The position numbers and the translations under genes were made by a program. A DNA stretch of 36,621 bases from an uncultured Candidatus Binatia bacterium. GTDB lineage: Bacteria > Desulfobacterota > Binatia > UBA9968 > JAJDTQ01. The number at the start of each line of letters is the position of its first letter. Position 1 is the stretch's first letter. The stretch is from positions 1 to 36,621 of the forward strand of contig CBDESP010000006.1 of NCBI GenBank assembly GCA_965242525.1. Reading direction: 5' to 3'. The notes under the pieces were generated by a model. The model was given only the letters and a program-made list of their open reading frames with translations, was not told the DNA's origin and searched no databases. Shown one piece after another: positions 1 through 9,353 of this stretch.

Positions 1-2
1 CG

Positions 3-560
3 GCCGCGCTCTTCATCGGCGAATTCGGCCGTCTAGAGGAATCGGTGGTGCCGGGGATCAGGGTCAAGGACTTGCTCACGCCCCACTTCGTGCGCGACCG
101 ACTGCGCCAGCCTGAGAATAAGGGGCGCTTGGCCGAAGCGGTCGCAGGCGTTGAACTCGTAGGCGACCTGGGGTGGCACTCGCTGTTCGGGAAGCTCGGC
201 TACCGGGTCCAGCAGCTTCCCCGGCGCGGCTATCTGCTTCGACACGACGACAAGCCGGTGGCGGTGGTTCACCCTTACCGCAACCCATCCTTGTTCAGCC
301 GCCTCACTCGCAACGGCGAGCTGCCCGAGGGCCTGGTCCTAGCCGACTGCCAGAACCACGGGGCCCGGTGGGCGGTGCTGGCCTCTGAGAACCGCTACCG
401 GCTGTTCTCGAGCCAGCCGCCGGTGGGATCGGCGTCGGGCCAGTACGTCGAGCTGGAGGCGGGCGAACTGGGCCAGGAGAACCGCTTCTACTTGGGCCTT
501 CTCTCGCCAGAATCGCTGCGAGAGGGAGGCTGGCTCGCCGGATGGATCAAAGCGCCCTGA
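3..560 (+). pseudogene. Fragment resembling the N-terminal region of a fused Type IIG/IIL restriction-modification protein; 5' end outside window, stops before any methyltransferase motif
   Basis: Frame open from base 3. 'ARWAVLASENRYRLF' resembles the W-x-VL-TNG-x-x-WRLY segment preceding the helical/MTase domains of such enzymes; no GxG or NPPY motif before TGA at 558-560. Family call is inference. Confidence 0.45.
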
Positions 561-645
561 CTGCCTCAAGCCGATCTACGTTAGAATGCTTGCCATGTTA
601 AGATAAGATTTTTTAGGAAATTTCAGGATTTTTTCTGATATTAAG

Positions 646-681
646 TTGTCATTGTCACACCCCTGGTATAGAGTGATCTCA
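646..681 (+). promoter_or_regulatory. Promoter for DUF222 gene, probably leaderless; resembles the PafBC/RecA-NDp DNA-damage motif
   Basis: TTGTCA (646-651), 17-nt spacer, TAGAGT (669-674), ATG at 681. Also TGTCAC-N10-TAGAGT (653-674), versus the mycobacterial TGTCRG-N10-TANNNT. Confidence 0.55.
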
Positions 682-2105
682 TGGTCGTTGGAGTGGACGC
701 GGTGAAACGGTTCGGCGGGGAGCTGGACTGCCTGCTGGGCCGGGTGTGGGCCGGGGAGCTGCCCTTGGCCGGTCTCAAAGAACTGGTCGCGGCCAGCCAG
801 TCAGTAGAGGCCAAGATGGCGGTGCTGGTGACTGAGGCGGCCCGGTTGATCGCGCTGGGTGAGGGCCACGGCGACGGCGGGGCGTCGGTATTGTGCGATC
901 AGGGCGGCAAGTCCCGATCTGAGGCCCGCCGCCGCCTGACGGTGGCCGAGACACTCGATGCGATGCCCCAGGCCCGCACCGCGGTGGAAGCCGGGGAGGT
1001 GTCTTTGGCCAACGCCGAGCGCTTGGCCCAAGCAGCCAAGCGCACCGCCCCCGAGTCCGTGGACGCGGCCGCCGGCCTGTTGGAACAAGCCCGGGAGCTT
1101 CCACCGGACCAGTTCGCCCGCGAGGTCGACGCCTGGACCCAAAGCCAACAAGACGACCACGGCCACGGCGACTACCTGCGCCAGCGGGAGCGCCGCTACC
1201 TCAGAATCCGCAGGGACCGCGACAAGGTACGCATCGACGGCCAATACGACCTCGAAGCCGGCACCCGCATCGGGGCCCGCCTGCAGCGACTGGCCGAGGC
1301 CCTGCGCCGCCAAGACGACCAAGCCGCCCGCAACGGCGGCGGCAGTGAGGGCCGCCGGAGCTGGGACCAGCTCCAAGCCGATGCCCTCGACCAGCTCGCC
1401 TCCGGCGACACCGAACTGGGTGCCGGTCCCGGCGGCAGCAGATCCAGGGCCGAGGTGATCGTGGTGGCCGACATCGGTGCGCTCACCGGCCAGGACCCGT
1501 CCGGGCGCTGCGAGATCCCCGGTGCCGGGCCGGTGCCACCGTCGGTGCTTCAACGCATCGCCTGCGACGCCGAGCTGACCGGTGTGTTGTTCAGCGACGG
1601 CAAACCGCTGTATCACGGGGCTACGACGCGCACCGCCTCCAAAGCCCAGCGGCGGATGCTCATCGCCCGAGACGGCGGCTGCATCGGCTGCGGCGCCGAA
1701 CCCCGCTGGTGCCAAGCCCACCACATCATCCCCTACGCCCAATCCCGGAGAACCGACATCGACAACCTCGTGCTGGTCTGCTGGAAATGCCACCACAACA
1801 TCCACGACCACAACTGGCAAATCACCCACCACCACGGCAAACCCGCCCTCCAACCCCCCGACCGCCTCAAACCCCCCGGCCGCCACCGCCACGAAGGCCG
1901 CGGCCAGCACAACCGCCATCCCGATCACGGAGGCCGTAGCCAGCCCAACCGCCGCCCGCTGCCCGAGCCCAGCAGACCCCCTCCCACCGACCGAGCTGGC
2001 CCCAATCCCGACGGAGAAGCCCCAGTCCATCCAACTCTGGACCATCAACCAAGGCGAGGTCGAGGGACGAATCAAGAAAGAGCCCCAGCCCTCTTCCCGA
2101 CCTGA
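681..2105 (+). CDS. DUF222 (13E12-repeat family) HNH endonuclease
   Basis: Helical N-terminus with 'QLQADAL', 'RIACDA', then 'QRRMLIARDGGCIGCG..WCQAHHIIPY..TDIDNLVLVCWKCHHNIH' HNH/Zn motif; Pro/His-rich tail. Confidence 0.9.
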   Translation: MVVGVDAVKRFGGELDCLLGRVWAGELPLAGLKELVAASQSVEAKMAVLVTEAARLIALGEGHGDGGASVLCDQGGKSRSEARRRLTVAETLDAMPQARTAVEAGEVSLANAERLAQAAKRTAPESVDAAAGLLEQARELPPDQFAREVDAWTQSQQDDHGHGDYLRQRERRYLRIRRDRDKVRIDGQYDLEAGTRIGARLQRLAEALRRQDDQAARNGGGSEGRRSWDQLQADALDQLASGDTELGAGPGGSRSRAEVIVVADIGALTGQDPSGRCEIPGAGPVPPSVLQRIACDAELTGVLFSDGKPLYHGATTRTASKAQRRMLIARDGGCIGCGAEPRWCQAHHIIPYAQSRRTDIDNLVLVCWKCHHNIHDHNWQITHHHGKPALQPPDRLKPPGRHRHEGRGQHNRHPDHGGRSQPNRRPLPEPSRPPPTDRAGPNPDGEAPVHPTLDHQPRRGRGTNQERAPALFPT

Positions 2106-2125
2106 CCCGAACCGGGCCCAGAGAT

Positions 2126-2209
2126 GCGCCAGGCCGGGGGGTGGCACGGGGGCCAGGATTTCGCCGCTTGCCGGCGAAATCCGCGCCCGTGACAGGACCC
2201 GCTGGCCGG
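2126..2209 (+). repeat. ~84-bp structured element, copy 1 (REP-like or ncRNA)
   Basis: Inner perfect hairpin GGATTTCGCCG-CTTGC-CGGCGAAATCC (2156-2182) within outer CACGGG/CCCGTG pairing; flanks match the reverse complement of 7879-7960. Confidence 0.85.
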
Positions 2210-2270
2210 ACAAAGCAAACGCCAAGAAACTCTCGACGCTCCAGGCCGGGGGTAGCACGGAACCTGCCAG

Positions 2271-2326
2271 CCGGACAGAGCAACGGCCAGAACCGGACAG
2301 AGCGACCGCCAGAACGGAAACAGAGC
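2271..2326. repeat. 22-bp tandem repeat, about 2.5 copies
   Basis: ccggacagagcaacggccagaa / ccggacagagcgaccgccagaa / cggaaacagagc. Confidence 0.8.
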
Positions 2327-2385
2327 CCTGACGCCGGGAGGCGTTCAAGCTCAAGCCAGCCAAAGGCCGGTCTAACCTGTTCGAG

Positions 2386-5052
2386 GTGAGGCACGACTCC
2401 GGCGTCACCGAGTTTGTCTGCAACGGGGCGGCGGTGCGCGTCGGGGAGCATCCCCACCTGCTGGCCGCCCTGCGCGAGGAACTGGACTTGGTGGCGGCCA
2501 AGGACGGCTGCTCGCCGTCGGGGCAGTGCGGGGCCTGCACGGTGCTGCTCGACGGCAAGGCCAGGGTGGCCTGCCAAATCCCCCTGGAGAAGGCGGCCGG
2601 GGCCTCGGTGGTCACCCCCGAGGGGCTCAACCCCCGAGAGCGGGAACGCTTCGCCGCCGCCTTCGGGGCGGCCGGGGCGGTGCAGTGCGGGTTCTGCATC
2701 CCCGGGATCATCATGCGGGCCAAGGCCCTGATCGACCGGCACGGCCCCGACCTCACCCGGGAGCAGGCCTCCCGCCATCTGGGCGCCCACCTGTGCCGCT
2801 GCACCGGCTACCTCAAGATCCTCGACGCGGTGGACCTGCTGGCCTCCGGGGCCGACGGCCGCCCCGGACCGCCGCTGGAACCGGTGAAGGGGATCGGGTC
2901 CCGGTCGGCCCGCTACGAGTCCTTCGACCTCGCCCTGGGCGACAAGCTCTTCATCGACGACATGAAGGTCCCGGGCCTGCTGCACGGGGCGGTCCGGCTG
3001 GCCGACCACGCCCGGGCCGACGTGATCTCCATCGACACCGCCCCCGCCGAGGCCGCCCCCGGCGTGGTAAGGGTGTTCACCGCGGCCGACGTGTCCGGCG
3101 ATCTGCTGATCGGGCTCATCCACAAGGACTGGCCCGTGTTCGTCGGCGCCGGGGGCCGCACCGCCTACCTGGGCGACGTGATGGCCCTAGTGGTGGCCGA
3201 GGACCGCGAAGCCGCCCGGCGGGCTGCGGCCCTCATCGACATCGACTACCGGCCGCTGGCCCCCGTCACCGACCCCGAGGCCGCCGTCCTCCCCGGCGCC
3301 GAGGACGCGGTGGGCCACCTCGACGGCAACGTCTTGTCGGTGTCGGCCTACCGGCGGGGCGGCGACGTGGACGAGGCCCTGGCCCGCTCGGCCCACACCG
3401 TCACCGAGACGTTCCGCACCCAGCGGGTGGAGCAGGCCTTCCTGGAGCCCGAGTCCACCCTGGCCGTGCCCGTGACCGACGACGACCGCGGCGCCCGCCG
3501 CCTCGACGTGTATTCGGGGGGCCAGGGGGTGTGGGACGACCGGGATCAGATCGCGGCGGTGCTCGGGGTGGGCCCCGAGACGGTGCGGGTCACCCAGGTG
3601 GCCAACGGCGGGGCCTTCGGGGGCAAGGAGGACTGCTCCAACCAGGCCCAGACCGCCCTGGCCGCCTGGCTGCTCAACCGCCCGGTGAAGACCACCTTCT
3701 CCCGCGAAGAGTCCCTGTTGGTGCATCCCAAGCGCCACCCGGTGCGCATCCACCTTTCGGCGGGCTGCGACGCCGAGGGCCGCCTCACCGCCCTGCGGGC
3801 CCGGATGCTGGGCGACTCCGGCCCCTACGCCTCGGTGGGCATGAAGGTGCTGGAGCGGGCGGCCGGCCACGCCTGCGGCCCCTACGCCGTGCCGGTGGTG
3901 GACGTGGAGGCCGTCGCCGCCCGCACCAACAACAGCATCGGCGGCGCCTTCCGGGGCTTCGGGGCCAACCAGGCCCAGTTCGCGGCCGAGGGGGCCATGG
4001 ACCGCCTGGCCGCCGCGGTGGGGATCAGCGGCTGGGAGATCCGGTCCCGCAACGCGGTGGCGCCGGGGGCGGTGTGGGGGCCGGGCCAGGTCATGGACGA
4101 AGGCTGCGCCGGGGCCCGCCAGTGCCTCGACGCCGTCCGCCCCGCCTACGAGCAGGCCCGGGCCGCGGGCCAAGCCGTCGGCCTGGGGCTGGGCCTGAAG
4201 AACTCCGGGCTGGGCAACGGCTACGTCGAGGTGAGCCGGGCCGTGGTGCGTTTCGCCGCCGACCAGCGCCGCCCGCCGAGAACGCCAGCCGGGCCCGACA
4301 CCATGGTGGAGGTCCGCCACGGCTGGACCGAGATGGGCCAGGGGGTCCACACCGTGGCCCTTCAGGTGGCGGTGGCCGAGCTGGGCGTGAACCCCGATCG
4401 GGTGAGGGTGGTGGTGGACACCAGCCGCGAGCTGGGCGACGGCCAGACCACCGGGTCGCGGGGCACGCTCATGGGGGCGGGGGCGGTGGCCGACGCCTGC
4501 CGGGCCGCCGTGGCCGGGGGCCGCCTCACCGGGGTCGACTACGCCGGGGAGTACCGGGTGGACTGGACCAACAGCCTCGACGAGGGGGCCGAGAACCCGG
4601 TCATCCACTCCACCTTCTCCTATGCGGCCCAGGTGGTGGTGGCCGATCCGGCCACCGGCGAGATCGAGAAGGTGGTGGCCGCCCACGACGTGGGCCGGGC
4701 CGTCAACCCGCTGCTGTGCGAGGGCCAGATCGAGGGCAGCGTCCACATGGGCCTGGGCTACGCCCTGGGCGAGGACTTCCCCTGCGACGCCGACGGGCGG
4801 CCGGGGCCCGACACCCTGCGGGGCCTCAACATCATCCGGCCCAAGGACATGCCGCCGGTGGAGGTGATCCTCGTCGAGGCCCCCCAGCCTGACTCCCCCT
4901 ACGGCATCAAGGGGGTGGGCGAGATCGGCTTGGTGCCCACGGCCGGGGCGGTGGCCGAGGCCATGCGCCAGGTCGACGGCCAATGGCGCAACCGGCTCCC
5001 CATCGCCGCCCACCAGCCGGTGCCGGCGACGGCCTCGCCCGGGCGGGCGTGA
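2386..5052 (+). CDS. Molybdenum hydroxylase with fused 2x[2Fe-2S] and Mo-binding domains, no FAD domain (selenium-dependent xanthine dehydrogenase-like)
   Basis: GCSPSGQCGACTV, QCGFCIPG and LCRCTGY Fe-S motifs; GGAFGGK, AFRGFG, EMGQG and KGVGEIG Moco motifs. Confidence 0.9.
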   Translation: MRHDSGVTEFVCNGAAVRVGEHPHLLAALREELDLVAAKDGCSPSGQCGACTVLLDGKARVACQIPLEKAAGASVVTPEGLNPRERERFAAAFGAAGAVQCGFCIPGIIMRAKALIDRHGPDLTREQASRHLGAHLCRCTGYLKILDAVDLLASGADGRPGPPLEPVKGIGSRSARYESFDLALGDKLFIDDMKVPGLLHGAVRLADHARADVISIDTAPAEAAPGVVRVFTAADVSGDLLIGLIHKDWPVFVGAGGRTAYLGDVMALVVAEDREAARRAAALIDIDYRPLAPVTDPEAAVLPGAEDAVGHLDGNVLSVSAYRRGGDVDEALARSAHTVTETFRTQRVEQAFLEPESTLAVPVTDDDRGARRLDVYSGGQGVWDDRDQIAAVLGVGPETVRVTQVANGGAFGGKEDCSNQAQTALAAWLLNRPVKTTFSREESLLVHPKRHPVRIHLSAGCDAEGRLTALRARMLGDSGPYASVGMKVLERAAGHACGPYAVPVVDVEAVAARTNNSIGGAFRGFGANQAQFAAEGAMDRLAAAVGISGWEIRSRNAVAPGAVWGPGQVMDEGCAGARQCLDAVRPAYEQARAAGQAVGLGLGLKNSGLGNGYVEVSRAVVRFAADQRRPPRTPAGPDTMVEVRHGWTEMGQGVHTVALQVAVAELGVNPDRVRVVVDTSRELGDGQTTGSRGTLMGAGAVADACRAAVAGGRLTGVDYAGEYRVDWTNSLDEGAENPVIHSTFSYAAQVVVADPATGEIEKVVAAHDVGRAVNPLLCEGQIEGSVHMGLGYALGEDFPCDADGRPGPDTLRGLNIIRPKDMPPVEVILVEAPQPDSPYGIKGVGEIGLVPTAGAVAEAMRQVDGQWRNRLPIAAHQPVPATASPGRA

Positions 5053-5059
5053 CCCGGCC

Positions 5060-6109
5060 GTGACCGCCCCGACGCTCGGAGAGCCGGGCACCACGCCGGG
5101 GCTGGTTTGCGCCCATCATCATCTGTATTCGGCGCTGGCCCGGGGGATGCCCGCCCCGCCCCGCACCCCCCGGTCGTTCCTGGACATCCTGGAGCTGATC
5201 TGGTGGCGCCTGGACCGGGCCCTCGACCTCAACGCCATCGAATGGTCGGCCAAGCTGGGGGCGCTGGAGGCCCTGGAGTCCGGCACCACCGCCGTCATCG
5301 ACCACCACGAGTCACCCAACGCCATCGAAGGCTCCCTAGACGTCATCGCCGCCGCCTGCGCCGAGGTGGGCGTGAGGGTGGACTGCGCCTACGGCGTCAC
5401 CGACCGCCACGGCCCGGCCGGGGCCGCGGCTGGCCTGGCCGAGAACGACCGGTTCCTGCGGGCCGGGGGCCGGGGCCATGTCGGCGTCCACGCCGCCTTC
5501 ACCTGCTCGCCGGCCACCCTGGAGGCGGCCGCCGGGCTGGCCGCCGACCACGGAACCGGGGTCCACGTCCACGTGGCCGAGGGCCCCGACGACGCCGACG
5601 CCGGCCCGCGGCTGGCCCCCCTCGCCGCCGATAACTGGCTGCTGGTTCACGCCGTGCATCTCGACCGGGAGCTGCCGGGAACCATCGTTCACAATCCCCG
5701 GTCCAACATGAACAACGCGGTGGGCTACGCCCGGCCCGCGGCCCGGCCCAACCGGGTGGCGCTGGGCACCGACGGGATCGGGGCCGACATGCTCGACGAG
5801 TTCCGGCTGGTCTACGCCCGCCACCGCGAGGACGACGTGACCGCCACCCCGGAGACGGCCTGGGGGTGGCTGGAGACGGGCTGGGAGCTGTTCCCCGAGG
5901 CCCGGGCCGATGTGGTCCGCTGGTCCTACGGGGCCACCGACCCGTGGTCGCTGGCCTTCACCACCGGGGTGAGGGCCATGGACGCGACGGTGGACGGCGA
6001 GGCGGTGCTGGTAGACGGCCGCCCCACCCGGGTCAATCCCGACGAGATTCGGGCCAAGGCGGCCGAGGCCGCAACCCGGCTGTTCGCCCGGCTCGACGAG
6101 ATACCGTGA
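5060..6109 (+). CDS. SsnA-like metal-dependent amidohydrolase
   Basis: 'CAHHHLYSALARG', 'WWRLDRALD', 'GTTAVIDHHESP', 'HVHVAEG', 'HNPRSNMNNAVG', 'LGTDG'. Confidence 0.85.
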   Translation: MTAPTLGEPGTTPGLVCAHHHLYSALARGMPAPPRTPRSFLDILELIWWRLDRALDLNAIEWSAKLGALEALESGTTAVIDHHESPNAIEGSLDVIAAACAEVGVRVDCAYGVTDRHGPAGAAAGLAENDRFLRAGGRGHVGVHAAFTCSPATLEAAAGLAADHGTGVHVHVAEGPDDADAGPRLAPLAADNWLLVHAVHLDRELPGTIVHNPRSNMNNAVGYARPAARPNRVALGTDGIGADMLDEFRLVYARHREDDVTATPETAWGWLETGWELFPEARADVVRWSYGATDPWSLAFTTGVRAMDATVDGEAVLVDGRPTRVNPDEIRAKAAEAATRLFARLDEIP

Positions 6110-6231
6110 CCGCCCGCGCCGCCGCCATGACCGAACAGACCGCCGTCGCGACCGCCCGAGCCGACCGCTCCCCCACCCGGACCGTGACCGACCGCCACCA
6201 CCGTGACCGCCGCTGAAGCGAGGTATCTCCC

Positions 6232-7248
6232 ATGACCCGACCTGTGGCCATCTATCTCCAGGACGCCCACCCCGTCGGGGAGTCCATCGAGCATGTGCGC
6301 TACGCCGAGGCCAAGGGGTTCGAGGCGGTGTGGCAGGCCGACTGCCGGCTGGTGCGAGACGCAGTAGTGCCCATGGCCGCCTTCGCGGCCTGCACCGAGC
6401 GGATCCGCATCGGCAGCGGCGTGGTGGACTGCTGGACCCGCAACCCGGCCCGTATGGCCGCCACCTTCTCCACCCTCGACGACTTGGCCCCCGGTCGGAT
6501 CATCCTGGGCCTGGGGGCCTGGTGGGACCCGCTGGCCGCCCGGGTGGGGGTGAGCCGGGCCCGCCCGCTGAAGGCCATGCGGGAGATCGTGACCGCCTGC
6601 CGGGCCCTGCTCAACGACGAGACCGTCACCTTCGACGGCGAGTTCGTGCAGCTCGACGGGGCCGAGCTCGACTACGTCCAGCAGGAGCGCCGGCCCAAGG
6701 ATGTCCCCATCTACATCGGGGCCACCGGCATGAAGATGATGGCCCTCACCGGCGAGATCGCCGACGGGGTGGTGTTCAACTACCTGGTGTCGCCCCAGTA
6801 CAACCAGCAGGCCATGGAGGCCCTGGCCGAAGGGGCGGCCCGGGCCGGCCGGGGGGTGGACGACCTCGACCGGCCCCAGCTCGTGGTGTGCTCGGTGGCG
6901 TCGTCGGACTCCGAATCCGACCGCCGGGACGCCCTGGACGGGGCCCGGATGCTGGTCACCCAGTACCTGGGCCAGCAGCCCCACATCATGAAGGCGTCGG
7001 GGGTGCCCCGCAGCCTCCTCGACGAGGTGGGCTCGGTGCTGACCTGGCCCGCCACCCACGAGCAGGTGACGGCCGCCTCCAAGCTGGTGCCCGACGAGAT
7101 CGTGCAGATGCTGTGCGCGGCGGGCACGGCCGACGAGTGCCGGGACAAGGTGCTCCACTACATCGAAAACGGCTGCACCACCCCGGTGCTGTACCCGCTC
7201 GGCCCCGACCCTAAGGTGATGATCGACGCCTTCGCCGACTGGGACTGA
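6232..7248 (+). CDS. LLM-class (luciferase-like, Mer-type) oxidoreductase, possibly F420-dependent
   Basis: '[10 protein letters not shown]', '[10 protein letters not shown]', '[15 protein letters not shown]', '[21 protein letters not shown]'; RBS-like GAGG upstream. Confidence 0.9.
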   Translation: MTRPVAIYLQDAHPVGESIEHVRYAEAKGFEAVWQADCRLVRDAVVPMAAFAACTERIRIGSGVVDCWTRNPARMAATFSTLDDLAPGRIILGLGAWWDPLAARVGVSRARPLKAMREIVTACRALLNDETVTFDGEFVQLDGAELDYVQQERRPKDVPIYIGATGMKMMALTGEIADGVVFNYLVSPQYNQQAMEALAEGAARAGRGVDDLDRPQLVVCSVASSDSESDRRDALDGARMLVTQYLGQQPHIMKASGVPRSLLDEVGSVLTWPATHEQVTAASKLVPDEIVQMLCAAGTADECRDKVLHYIENGCTTPVLYPLGPDPKVMIDAFADWD

Positions 7249-7334
7249 GCACCGCCGATGCCCGAGCCAGCCAGACCCGAGCCGACCGCCCATGCCTGAG
7301 CCGGCTGACGACGAGCGCAAAGAGCCCGACACCG

Positions 7335-7847
7335 ATGCCTGAGCCGGCTGACGGCGAGCGCGAGGAGCTGGACTGGGAGTCCTACGGCCGGGCGGTGCGG
7401 GAGCTGGCGGTCATGGTGGCCGACGACGGCTACCGGGCCGACATGGTGCTGGCCATCGCCCGGGGCGGGCTGTTCTGCGCGGGCTCGCTGGGCTACGCCC
7501 TGTCGGTGAAGAACATCTACGTGATGAACTGCGAGTACTACACCGGGGTGGGCGAGCGGCTCCCGGTGCCGGTGATGCTGCCCCCCGCCGTCGATCTGGT
7601 GGACCACACCCACTCGAAGGTCCTGATCGCCGACGACGTGGCCGACACCGGCCACACCCTCAAGATGGTGAGGGACTTCTGCGTGGGGCGGGTGGGCGAG
7701 GTCCGCTCCGCGGTGCTGTACGAGAAGTCGCACTCGCTGGTGAAGTGCGACTACGTGTGGAAGCGCACCGACCGCTGGATCAACTTCCCGTGGTCGACGC
7801 TGCCGCCGGTGGCCGGCGCCCCCGACCAGTGGGTGCTCGACGCTTGA
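7335..7847 (+). CDS. Type I phosphoribosyltransferase (purine PRTase-like)
   Basis: 'LAIARGG', PRPP loop 'VLIADDVADTGHTL', C-terminal 'WINFPW'. Confidence 0.9.
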   Translation: MPEPADGEREELDWESYGRAVRELAVMVADDGYRADMVLAIARGGLFCAGSLGYALSVKNIYVMNCEYYTGVGERLPVPVMLPPAVDLVDHTHSKVLIADDVADTGHTLKMVRDFCVGRVGEVRSAVLYEKSHSLVKCDYVWKRTDRWINFPWSTLPPVAGAPDQWVLDA

Positions 7848-7878
7848 GAGTGCCAGCCTGCCCAGCCGGCGGGTCGTC

Positions 7879-7960
7879 CCGGCCGGCGGGTCCTGTCACG
7901 GGCGCGGTTTTGCCGCGGGGCGGCAAAACCTTGCCCCCGTGCCACCCACCGGCCTGGCGC
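7879..7960 (-). repeat. ~82-bp structured element, copy 2 (inverted relative to copy 1)
   Basis: Inner hairpin GGTTTTGCCGC-GGG-GCGGCAAAACC (7906-7930); flanks differ from copy 1 at 3 of 57 positions by manual alignment. Confidence 0.85.
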
Positions 7961-8045
7961 TTCGGCTTGTCTCGGCCTTTGCTCCGTCTGTTCCGTTACG
8001 GCTGACCGCTCCCCCTGCCTACGGGTGGCTGGATTGAAATTGAAG

Positions 8046-8059
8046 TAGAATCCGTTTCA
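8046..8059 (+). promoter_or_regulatory. -10 box for probable leaderless transcript
   Basis: TAGAAT at 8046-8051, 7 nt before ATG 8059; no SD sequence. Confidence 0.45.
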
Positions 8060-9339
8060 TGAGTCTGACTGACCGTTCTATCGATGTCTCTGGTCTTGAG
8101 ATCAATGGCGGGCGCCTTATGCGTAGGCTGCGGGAGCTGGCTGAGATCGGGCCTATTGACGGGGGCGGGGTCAGCCGGCTGGCCCTTACCGACGCCGACA
8201 AGGCCGGCCGGGACCTAGTAGTCACCTGGATGCGGGACCTGGGTCTGGAGGTGAGCGTCGACGCCATCGGCAACGTAGTGGCGACGGGGCCGGGCCGCGC
8301 CGACGGGCCGCCGGTTATGACCGGGTCCCACATCGACACGGTGGCCACCGGCGGGATATACGACGGCAACCTGGGGGTGCTGTCGGGCCTGGAGGTGATC
8401 GAAACCCTGGCCGAGCGGGGCCTCGTCACCGACCGGCCCCTGGCCGTGGCCTTCTTCACCAACGAGGAGGGGGCCCGGTTCCCGCCCGACATGATGGGCA
8501 GCCTCTGCTACGTGGGCGGGATGACCGTCGAGGAGGCCATGTCCACCGCCTCCGCCGACGGGGCGGTGGTGGGCGACGAGCTGGAGCGGATCGGCTACCG
8601 GGGGCCGATGCCGTGCCCCGGCCCGGCCCCCCACGCCTTCGTGGAGTACCACATCGAGCAGGGGCCGGTGCTGGAGGAGGAGGACGTCGCCATCGGCGCG
8701 GTGGAGGGGGTGCAGGGCATCTCCTGGACCGAGGTGACCATCGTGGGCCAGTCCAACCACGCCGGCACCACCCCCATGCGGCTGCGCCGCGACGCGGGCC
8801 TGGCCGCCGGGGAGGTGGCGGTGGCGGTGCGCCGCATCGCCTCCGAACTGGGCGGCGACCAGGTGGGCACGGTCGGGTCGATCCGCCTGCACCCCAGCCT
8901 GGTCAACGTGGTGGCCGCTCGGGCGGTGGTCACCGTCGATCTGCGCAACACCGACGAGCAGGCCCTCCAGGAGGCCGAGCGCCGCCTGGCCGCCGAGCTG
9001 GACCGGCTGGCCGAGGCCGAGGGCGTGACCATCACCACCCGGTCCACGGCCCGGTTCGAGCCGGTGACCTTCGACCCGGCGGTGGTGGATCTGGTGGCCG
9101 CCACCGCCGCCGACATGGGCCTGTCGGTGCGGCGCATGCCGTCGGGGGCGGGCCACGACGCCCAGATGATGGCCAGGGTCTGCCCCACCGGCATGGTCTT
9201 CGTGCCCAGCGTCAAGGGGATCAGCCACAACCCGGCCGAGCACACCGAGCCCGAGGACCTGGTGGCCGGGGCCAACGTCCTGCTCCGCACCCTGGTGAAG
9301 CTGGCCACCATCGACGGCGACGCCGACCCCGGAACCTGA
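8059..9339 (+). CDS. M20 Zn-dependent hydrolase (N-carbamoyl-amino-acid / allantoate amidohydrolase family)
   Basis: 'GSHIDTV..GG.YDGNLGV', 'NEEGARF', 'EYHIEQGP', 'NHAGTTPM', 'SGAGHDAQ', 'SHNPAE'. Confidence 0.92.
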   Translation: MSLTDRSIDVSGLEINGGRLMRRLRELAEIGPIDGGGVSRLALTDADKAGRDLVVTWMRDLGLEVSVDAIGNVVATGPGRADGPPVMTGSHIDTVATGGIYDGNLGVLSGLEVIETLAERGLVTDRPLAVAFFTNEEGARFPPDMMGSLCYVGGMTVEEAMSTASADGAVVGDELERIGYRGPMPCPGPAPHAFVEYHIEQGPVLEEEDVAIGAVEGVQGISWTEVTIVGQSNHAGTTPMRLRRDAGLAAGEVAVAVRRIASELGGDQVGTVGSIRLHPSLVNVVAARAVVTVDLRNTDEQALQEAERRLAAELDRLAEAEGVTITTRSTARFEPVTFDPAVVDLVAATAADMGLSVRRMPSGAGHDAQMMARVCPTGMVFVPSVKGISHNPAEHTEPEDLVAGANVLLRTLVKLATIDGDADPGT

Positions 9340-9353
9340 CGGAGCGCCTCCCT

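Noticed and set aside
2241-2330. Short repeats after the HNH gene as a CRISPR or guide array
   Set aside because: Only 2.5 adjacent units with no unique spacers; no cas genes in the window.
2386-5052. Selenocysteine recoding in the Mo hydroxylase
   Set aside because: No in-frame TGA; this family uses a labile Se cofactor if any.
801-5094. Long alternative-frame ORFs (801-2804 -, 2526-4892 +, 3187-5094 -) and similar ones elsewhere
   Set aside because: Shadow ORFs expected in high-GC DNA; Arg/Pro/Gly-rich with no motifs and overlapping well-supported genes.
2126-7960. Inverted elements as IS terminal repeats or integron attC sites
   Set aside because: No transposase or integrase between them, no evident target-site duplication, no RYYYAAC/GTTRRRY boxes.
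8613-9353. N-terminal extensions implied by the ORF track for fabH (also the kinase, ogt, GT4 and MOSC ORFs)
   Set aside because: They overlap other real genes; downstream starts fit family N-termini, RBSs or stop-start overlaps.
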